DNA of 24,000 bases from Planctomycetota bacterium (GTDB lineage: Bacteria; Planctomycetota; Brocadiia; Brocadiales; Brocadiaceae): the NCBI GenBank assembly GCA_023261485.1, contig JAHFOY010000011.1, positions 6,763 through 30,762 on the forward strand. The letters are read 5' to 3'. Each line of letters begins with the position of its first letter. Position 1 is the first letter of the stretch. The position numbers and the translations under genes were made by a program. This document shows positions 19,359 through 24,000 of the stretch, in pieces. The notes beneath the pieces are model-generated. The model was not told the origin of the DNA and made no database searches. It saw only the letters and a program-made list of their open reading frames with translations.

Positions 19359-20448
19359 GGTTGTCTGCCCGCGCGTGAGCGACCTGGCAGAAGTACGGAG
19401 TGGCGCCATCCAGCTCGCCGGTCTCCAGGTGCGCGTGGGCTGGGCACCACAGGCACAGGTTCACCAGAGGGCAGCTTCGGCAGGAATCAAGATATTCCTT
19501 GCGATGCGACCTCATATCCAGGACGCGGGGGACGAAATTAAACCAGGCATCGGCCAGATTGCCTTTCCGCAGGTCGTAGACCGTATTTGCCTGGCAGAGG
19601 GACGAGCAGAGGCGGAACGTGCCGTCGTAACCGACGTTAAAACTGCCGTTCCCTGCGCCGCAATGGAATAGATGATCGCACCCCTGGTGCGTGAATTCGT
19701 CATTAATGAGCGTGCTGCAGTTCTGCTGCATGGATTTCATCCGCTCCCCGTCCGCCCGTTCCAGGGCCACGACCTCCCGGGGCGTCAACCGTTCTGCATT
19801 TATCTCCCCGTTTCGCATCGGGTCGCCGTCATAACGCAGGTGAAGCTGGGGGTCGAAGCGGGAATAGTCCTTCGTTTTCTCACGGCAGAATGCCGCTATG
19901 GCGCCCTGCTCGGCCAGGTTGGACCGTATCGCAATTGCCTTGAGGCGGACCCGCACGCCGTTATTCATCAGCATATTCAGGCCGTTCATGAACATGCCGA
20001 ATGAGCCTGGTTTCCGGGTTACGCGCTCGTAGGTCTTCCGCGTTACACCGTAGACAGTAACCTCCACGTCTCGTGGCGGGTATTTCCTGAACAGAGCCAC
20101 ATGTCCTTCGTTTATCATCGTGGCGTTGGTGAATACGGAGACCAGCAGCCCCTTGCGCCTGAGCATGAGGTATATCTCCGGGAAATCTGGACGGATCAGC
20201 GGCTCGCCGCCGGTGATCAGGCACCACATGGCGCCGAGCTTGGCCGCCTGTTCCGCAATATCGCCAATTTCTGCGACGGTCAGTTCCCGTTCGCGGGCTG
20301 CCTTGTCGCCTTCGGGCAGGTTAATGTAGCAATGGCGGCAGTCGTTGTCGCACCGCGCCGTCACCTCGATATCAAAAGAGAGCGGTACACGCTTATCCCT
20401 CAATTTGTCCCAGAGAGAAAACTGCTGGATTTCGATGGTGCTGGTCAT
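19348..20448 (-). CDS. Radical SAM/SPASM-domain peptide maturase (PqqE-like), paralogue 1
   Basis: CDNDCRHC (CxxxCxxC) lies near the N-terminus. The C-terminal SPASM region is HCGAGNGSFNVGYDGTFRLC ... CRSCPLVNLCLWCPAHA. AAGGAG sits 6 nt upstream of the ATG at 20448. Confidence 0.9.
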   Translation of the reverse strand: MTSTIEIQQFSLWDKLRDKRVPLSFDIEVTARCDNDCRHCYINLPEGDKAARERELTVAEIGDIAEQAAKLGAMWCLITGGEPLIRPDFPEIYLMLRRKGLLVSVFTNATMINEGHVALFRKYPPRDVEVTVYGVTRKTYERVTRKPGSFGMFMNGLNMLMNNGVRVRLKAIAIRSNLAEQGAIAAFCREKTKDYSRFDPQLHLRYDGDPMRNGEINAERLTPREVVALERADGERMKSMQQNCSTLINDEFTHQGCDHLFHCGAGNGSFNVGYDGTFRLCSSLCQANTVYDLRKGNLADAWFNFVPRVLDMRSHRKEYLDSCRSCPLVNLCLWCPAHAHLETGELDGATPYFCQVAHARADNLIV

Positions 20449-21280
20449 TATAACTCCTTACTATGATCTTTGCCGCCTGTCGCTGAAGGGCATCGTCCAG
20501 TCCCATCCCGCGATAGCGTAAGCGCACGTGCGATTCTTCAATGCCCCATACATCTCCTGCGGCGCGCGCAAACGTTGTCCATGCAGCGGGATCGCGGCCA
20601 TCGTTCATGTGCAGCGCCAACGTCCAACGATCTATGATTCGGCCCTTCCACTCCATACTGGGATCGAAGTCGTCCGGCGCAAATGGACGGTATACCGCAT
20701 CTCCAAGCGTTCTGTTCAGCAGAACTCGGACGGTATATAAAATACGCGGCCTCAGGAGCGAGAAACAACAGCGCGCAATCGTCCCATACGGCGACATGTC
20801 CTGTACGCGTGCTAGTATGCGCACCAGCCACAAACGCAAACGCTGTTTCGTGTCCGTTAAAATCAGGCGCGCTGCGTAATACCGGCGCACTAGCCAGGGA
20901 TACCTTGCCGGCCGCAGCGGCACGGGCTTCCCTCTGCGCTCAATGGCAATGACAATGCCGAGCAGGTCTTCGTTAAAGGTAGGACCGTCGCTCCCTTCAT
21001 TTGCGCGGTCGGGCCTGGTGATGACATAATCTCTTCCATCGCACCTGCCCTTGCCGACGACGCGATGTCCGAACAGAAAACCCTCTCCGCGACATACCGC
21101 GATATCGCCCACCGAAACATCGCCGGCTGCCCGTGACTGAATCTTCACAACATCGCCCTGGCGAACGGTGGGATACATGCACGCCCCCCACACGCGAAAG
21201 GTAATGCCATCGCGGTCAGCCAGCGCCCGTCCGATTCGGAGGGAAGCCAGGATGAGACTATTGTTTTTTTTGACTGGCAA
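20393..21280 (-). CDS. S24/S26-fold (signal-peptidase/SipW-like) peptidase-like protein with an unknown C-terminal domain
   Basis: The N-terminal ~110 aa align by eye to SPase I boxes: WGACMYPTVRQGDVV (versus SGSMEPT...GD), FGHRVVG (versus the HRV of ER/archaeal-type SPases), and ITRPDRANEGSDGP...LLGIV. The ORF overlaps pqqD by 23 nt and rSAM-1 by 56 nt. Confidence 0.6.
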   Translation of the reverse strand: MPVKKNNSLILASLRIGRALADRDGITFRVWGACMYPTVRQGDVVKIQSRAAGDVSVGDIAVCRGEGFLFGHRVVGKGRCDGRDYVITRPDRANEGSDGPTFNEDLLGIVIAIERRGKPVPLRPARYPWLVRRYYAARLILTDTKQRLRLWLVRILARVQDMSPYGTIARCCFSLLRPRILYTVRVLLNRTLGDAVYRPFAPDDFDPSMEWKGRIIDRWTLALHMNDGRDPAAWTTFARAAGDVWGIEESHVRLRYRGMGLDDALQRQAAKIIVRSYNDQHHRNPAVFSLGQIEG

Positions 21281-21572
21281 CGAGGATGCCCCTCCTCACC
21301 ATCTCGCCCGCAAAGCCAAGGGCATCGTTTTCAATCTCATGGAGCGGCGTGTCGAACTCGGCAACCAGCGCTGTTGCCACATCCTTCAGCGTCCGATGCC
21401 CGTCCAGCTTCTGCCAGATGGCCTGGCCTGTATCGTTCAGGGTATAAAGTTCATCATCCGCATCCCCGATCCCGGCGACCAGCGGGACGATTATGATCTC
21501 GCCTTCAATCTCCCGCGCTACCACATCATCGGACGGGAAGCATACTGCATCGAGAGTAATATCCGTTTCCAT
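21258..21572 (-). CDS. PqqD-family protein (RiPP recognition element)
   Basis: 104-aa ORF. VVAREIEGEIIIVPL...LYTLNDTGQAIWQKLDGHRTLKDVATALVAEFDTPLHEIENDALGFAGEMVRRGILV is a textbook PqqD/RRE pattern. GGAGG sits 8 nt upstream of the ATG. Confidence 0.85.
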   Translation of the reverse strand: METDITLDAVCFPSDDVVAREIEGEIIIVPLVAGIGDADDELYTLNDTGQAIWQKLDGHRTLKDVATALVAEFDTPLHEIENDALGFAGEMVRRGILVASQKKQ

Positions 21573-21590
21573 AAAAACAACCTCCGTTCA

Positions 21591-21613
21591 TTTGACGTTC
21601 AGGAATTTCAAAC
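21591..21613 (+). repeat. 23-nt motif, copy 3 (tttgacgttcaggaatttcaaac), inverted relative to copies 1 and 2
   Basis: It matches 20 of 23 positions of the reverse complement of 22082..22104. It ends about 19 nt upstream of the PqqD start codon, in operon direction. Confidence 0.7.
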
Positions 21614-21803
21614 ACCCCCCATCATCCCTTTCTCGCGGATATCTCAGGGTTCGACTTTACTCACCGCAAGCGCGAAAAGGACAACGGATCAAGGGCAGAA
21701 TGCCTAAGCTTGCATACTGTGTCACAATATATTCAACCGGCCATATATAGCATAATCAATTTGCATAATACAATATTTGTATTGAAACCCTGCTGAAAAT
21801 TAA

Positions 21804-21983
21804 TTATGACAGAACCTGTGCGCTGCAGTTATTGGTGCAAGCATTGTTATTCCTACACGCACTATTTTTGTTACTTGGCCCGGTGCCCCCAATACTCGAC
21901 TTACAAGCCACCAAGACATCCTCTTCCGGTTTGTTTCTCACCAGAACAATCAGTTCCGGTTTACGCCATTCTTTTTTTTGCAT
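21804..21983 (-). CDS. Candidate RiPP precursor peptide, 59 aa (not in the supplied ORF track)
   Basis: Manual reverse-complement translation gives MQKKEWRKPELIVLVRNKPEEDVLVACKSSIGGTGPSNKNSACRNNNACTNNCSAQVLS*. AAGGAGG lies 7 nt upstream of the ATG. It shares the strand of the flanking maturase genes, sits between rSAM-2 and PqqD, and has a charged leader followed by a Cys/Asn-rich C-terminus. Confidence 0.7.
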   Translation of the reverse strand: MQKKEWRKPELIVLVRNKPEEDVLVACKSSIGGTGPSNKNSACRNNNACTNNCSAQVLS

Positions 21984-21990
21984 ATAGACA

Positions 21991-21995
21991 CCTCC
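21991..21995 (-). promoter_or_regulatory. Shine-Dalgarno sequence of the candidate precursor gene
   Basis: The minus strand reads aaaaaGGAGGtgtctatATG, a core GGAGG with a 7-nt spacer. Confidence 0.6.
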
Positions 21996-22081
21996 TTTTT
22001 TTAACTTTTTACGCCACTAAGGCAACAAGGCACAAAGAGACACACTCCTAACCCCCTCTTTTTGGAGGGGAATCAAAAAAA

Positions 22082-22104
22082 GTTTGAAATTCCTGTACAT
22101 TAAA
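22082..22104 (+). repeat. 23-nt motif, copy 1 (gtttgaaattcctgtacattaaa)
   Basis: It is similar to copy 2 at 22237..22259 and inverted relative to copy 3 at 21591..21613. A hairpin follows directly. Confidence 0.7.
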
Positions 22105-22108
22105 CTAG

Positions 22109-22144
22109 GTTGGGTTTTAAAAGACAAAACCCAACTACTTTTTT
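22109..22144 (+). terminator. Hairpin plus T-run, a terminator-like element for plus-strand (antisense) transcription
   Basis: gttgggtttt-aaaagac-aaaacccaac is followed by tactttttt. On the minus (operon) strand no U-run follows the same hairpin. Confidence 0.45.
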
Positions 22145-22147
22145 ACC

Positions 22148-22210
22148 CACCCCTAAATCCCCTCCCAAGAGGGGACTTCTTAAATTCCCCTCTTGAGAGG
22201 GGTAGGGGTG
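22148..22210. other. Predicted three-way-junction-like structure: outer stem cacccct/aggggtg enclosing two cccctc-N4-gagggg hairpins
   Basis: Hairpins lie at 22159..22174 (loop ccaa) and 22187..22202 (loop ttga), with outer pairing 22148-54 to 22204-10. A third cccctc/gagggg hairpin lies at 22053..22070. Confidence 0.5.
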
Positions 22211-22236
22211 TGTTTATCCATTACATATTTTAAAAA

Positions 22237-22259
22237 GATTGAAATTCCTATGCATTAAA
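22237..22259 (+). repeat. 23-nt motif, copy 2 (gattgaaattcctatgcattaaa)
   Basis: It is a direct repeat of copy 1 with four mismatches. The hairpin gctgc-cttcg-gcagc (22264..22278) and the string aactatttt follow it. Confidence 0.65.
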
Positions 22260-22330
22260 TTAGGCTGCCTTCGGCAGCAACTATTTTCCTCCCGTCAATC
22301 CCGAAGTGTTTAATCGGGAATCCATAAGGC

Positions 22331-23494
22331 TTATCTGCCTCTCACCCTTTCCCGCCAATCCTTCACCTCCCATCCGTGTTCATTCTCCCCAAGCCATCCC
22401 ATGAACCGCGCCTGGGCATGCGCCACGTCGCACAGGTACTCTACCGGCGTGTCCAGAGTACCGTGCTCTGTCCACGACTTGGCGGGGCACTGCTCGCACA
22501 TGCCTTTCAGGAAACAGCGGGCGCATCGGCAGAGATATTCAGGGTTCGTAGCCCGTATCTCGCGGAGGCGGGAGAAGCCGTCAAGCGCCTTTTGCAGGGG
22601 CGAACGTCCGTTCGCTCCCACCCTTACAACGTCTGACATCAGCTCCGGGGCGCGGACACCCATGCAGGGCTGCGCCCTTCCGTATGCGTCTATGTTCACC
22701 CCATTGCCTGCGCCGCAGGCGAACAGACTGTCTCCTTGTGGCCCCATGAACTTCGATGCGAACCCGGACATGTCCTTTCGGTATCCCGCCTCGTCCCGAG
22801 TCAGCGCCGAAATCCCATCCAGGGGAGATATGCGCAGCGATTTTATCTGTTTGTTCTTCTCCTCATTGTCACGGCTGTTGCGGAGATCGAAGAACATGGA
22901 GTATTGCGGGGGCTTTGTCATCCAGGGGATGGTCATGGCCCATTCTTCAAACTCTTCTATCTCCGCCCTGTTCTGCGGAAGGAGGGCCGACTTGACGACA
23001 AAAGGAATCCCGTGCTCCAGCAGTAGCTGAATGCCCGTCCAGCACTGATCAAAGGAGCCTGGCGAGCGGGTAGCCGCCTCGTAAGACTCCTCATGCATGC
23101 CGTATACGGTGATCTCGATGGCCACTTTTGGAGGGATGCGGGCAAGCAAGCCGGCCAGCCGCTCGTTGATGAGGCGGGCGTTGGTGAAGAGGAGGACCTT
23201 GATCCCCAACCTCCGCGCATAGAGGTACAGATCCTCGAAATCCGGCCTCAAAAGCGGCTCTCCACCGGTGAAGCGGACCTGCATGCACCCCAGATCTGCG
23301 GCCTGCTTCAGGATATCCTTCACCTGCTCCGTGGTCATCTCGCGCCTGCGCGTATTCTGGTCGTCTGAGGGAAGATTGATGCAGCAGTGGACACAGTCGT
23401 TGTTGCACCGCTCCGTCAACTCCATATCCAGGCTCCCCAGCCGCGGGAGGATCGGCTTTGGCTGTTGCTTTACCCGTCTGACAAATTCGCTCAT
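22331..23494 (-). CDS. Radical SAM/SPASM-domain peptide maturase (PqqE-like), paralogue 2
   Basis: CNNDCVHC (CxxxCxxC) is present. The SPASM region is ACGAGNGVNIDAYGRAQPC ... CRCARCFLKGMCEQCPAKSW. Its C-terminal YLCDVAHAQA parallels YFCQVAHARA of paralogue 1. Confidence 0.9.
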   Translation of the reverse strand: MSEFVRRVKQQPKPILPRLGSLDMELTERCNNDCVHCCINLPSDDQNTRRREMTTEQVKDILKQAADLGCMQVRFTGGEPLLRPDFEDLYLYARRLGIKVLLFTNARLINERLAGLLARIPPKVAIEITVYGMHEESYEAATRSPGSFDQCWTGIQLLLEHGIPFVVKSALLPQNRAEIEEFEEWAMTIPWMTKPPQYSMFFDLRNSRDNEEKNKQIKSLRISPLDGISALTRDEAGYRKDMSGFASKFMGPQGDSLFACGAGNGVNIDAYGRAQPCMGVRAPELMSDVVRVGANGRSPLQKALDGFSRLREIRATNPEYLCRCARCFLKGMCEQCPAKSWTEHGTLDTPVEYLCDVAHAQARFMGWLGENEHGWEVKDWRERVRGR

Positions 23495-23533
23495 TACTGA
23501 TCCTTTTTCTATTCTATATCCTTCGCTTTCTTC

Positions 23534-24000
23534 CTATCCTGCCTGTGCGAGCTTTTCCAACTCAGGCACTATTACCCCGCTCCTGTCGAACCGCATGGTA
23601 TAACATGGCGCTTCGTTCACGATCTGCTCCAGCACGTCCATCACCTTCTGCCACCACTCCGCTGTCACCATCGGCTTGATGAGGGTCGCCAGCAAACGCT
23701 TCCAGATATCCTTCCGGTCGGTCAGGGGAAGGATATCGTTCTGCAGGCTCTGCTCCAGAAAGAGGATCGCACGAAGAGGGGCTGAAGCGCCGGAGACGTC
23801 GGACACATCGCCGTGGCTCCATGTGCCGTGGACGCGGAAACCTTCATCCCACCGCCTGACAATGTTGCGGTCATCGCAGAGTATCTCGATTTTTATGGAC
23901 GAATGGCCATTCGCCTCTACGGCGGCGTTTTTCAATAGCGTTACCGTTGTAGACTTCCCTGCCTCGGAATGGCCGACAAAGAGGAGTCCCTGTCCGTTCA
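23534..24000 (-). CDS. HPr-kinase-like P-loop protein, C-terminal part (N-terminus lies beyond the window end)
   Basis: The reading frame stays open upstream of the track's TTG start. My manual translation of 23936-24000 gives ...NGQGLLFVGHSEAGKSTTVTL-LKNAAVEANG..., a GxSxxGKST Walker A as in the HprK/P C-terminal domain and RiPP-associated HprK-like kinases. Confidence 0.7.
   Translation of the reverse strand, partial: NGQGLLFVGHSEAGKSTTVTLLKNAAVEANGHSSIKIEILCDDRNIVRRWDEGFRVHGTWSHGDVSDVSGASAPLRAILFLEQSLQNDILPLTDRKDIWKRLLATLIKPMVTAEWWQKVMDVLEQIVNEAPCYTMRFDRSGVIVPELEKLAQAG

Noticed and set aside
21526-21591. 21-aa minus-strand ORF MNGGCFYGNGYYSRCSMLPVR overlapping the PqqD start, considered as an alternative precursor.
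   Set aside because: It has no SD upstream, the PqqD ribosome-binding site lies inside it, and it is out of frame within a well-supported CDS. It is probably fortuitous.
21806-22051. 81-aa plus-strand ORF from the track (MTEPVRCSYWCKHCYSYTHYFCY...), rich in Cys/Tyr/His.
   Set aside because: It is the antisense shadow of the 59-aa minus-strand precursor ORF, so its odd composition mirrors the Asn/Cys/Ala codons opposite. It has no Shine-Dalgarno site, runs against the operon direction and reads into hairpin repeats. The minus-strand ORF has a consensus SD and the expected context.
22082-22259. Possible CRISPR-like repeats (the 23-28-nt motif gtttgaaattcctgtacattaaactagg recurring).
   Set aside because: Only two direct copies exist and they are imperfect (four or more mismatches). 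They are 155 nt apart, the spacer is filled with hairpins, and there is a third inverted copy. No regular repeat-spacer periodicity and no cas genes are present.
19341-23603. Many overlapping ORFs of 60-210 aa on both strands in the GC-rich segment (for example 19375..19671, 20101..20466, 20541..20879, 21168..21707, 22401..23030, 23093..23368).
   Set aside because: These are the long spurious frames typical of high-GC DNA, which is poor in stop codons. Each lies inside or antisense to a CDS with clear family motifs (rSAM, SPASM, PqqD, S26-like). None has a recognisable domain or RBS.

Overview
The window has two compositional parts. Positions 1 to about 19,290 are AT-rich; my manual spot counts on single 60-nt lines give roughly 30-45% G+C. 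This part carries ordinary chromosomal genes of an anaerobic bacterium, and I cannot assign a taxon from sequence alone. The genes are alr (partial), bioF and bioB, an ECF sigma/ZAS anti-sigma pair, a cyclase/formamidase-like gene, a four-subunit 2-oxoacid:ferredoxin oxidoreductase operon (gamma-delta-alpha-beta), a hexapeptide-repeat nucleotidyltransferase-like gene, an archaeal-type RNA ligase convergent with its PIN-like partner gene, a DHH/DHHA1 phosphoesterase, and an unusual repeat-built lipoprotein. From about 19,290 to the window end the sequence becomes GC-rich (spot counts 55-70%). All genes here lie on the minus strand and look like a RiPP biosynthetic cassette: an HprK-like P-loop kinase (truncated by the window edge), radical SAM/SPASM enzyme 2, an AT-rich structured spacer, PqqD (RRE), an S24/S26-fold peptidase-like protein, and radical SAM/SPASM enzyme 1. 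A 70-nt repeat element and a nucleotidyltransferase-family gene follow. The six-frame track misses the key gene because it is under 60 aa. This is a 59-codon minus-strand ORF (21804..21983) with a strong Shine-Dalgarno site. It encodes a leader-plus-Cys/Asn-rich-core peptide, MQKKEWRKPELIVLVRNKPEEDVLVACKSSIGGTGPSNKNSACRNNNACTNNCSAQVLS, which I propose as the precursor. Other observations are the mosaic composition of the cassette, inverted 23-nt repeats bracketing the precursor gene, a cluster of CCCCTC/GAGGGG hairpins, a dispersed 70-nt hairpin element that supplies stop codons to two unrelated genes, and Cys in place of the expected Ser nucleophile in the peptidase-like protein.
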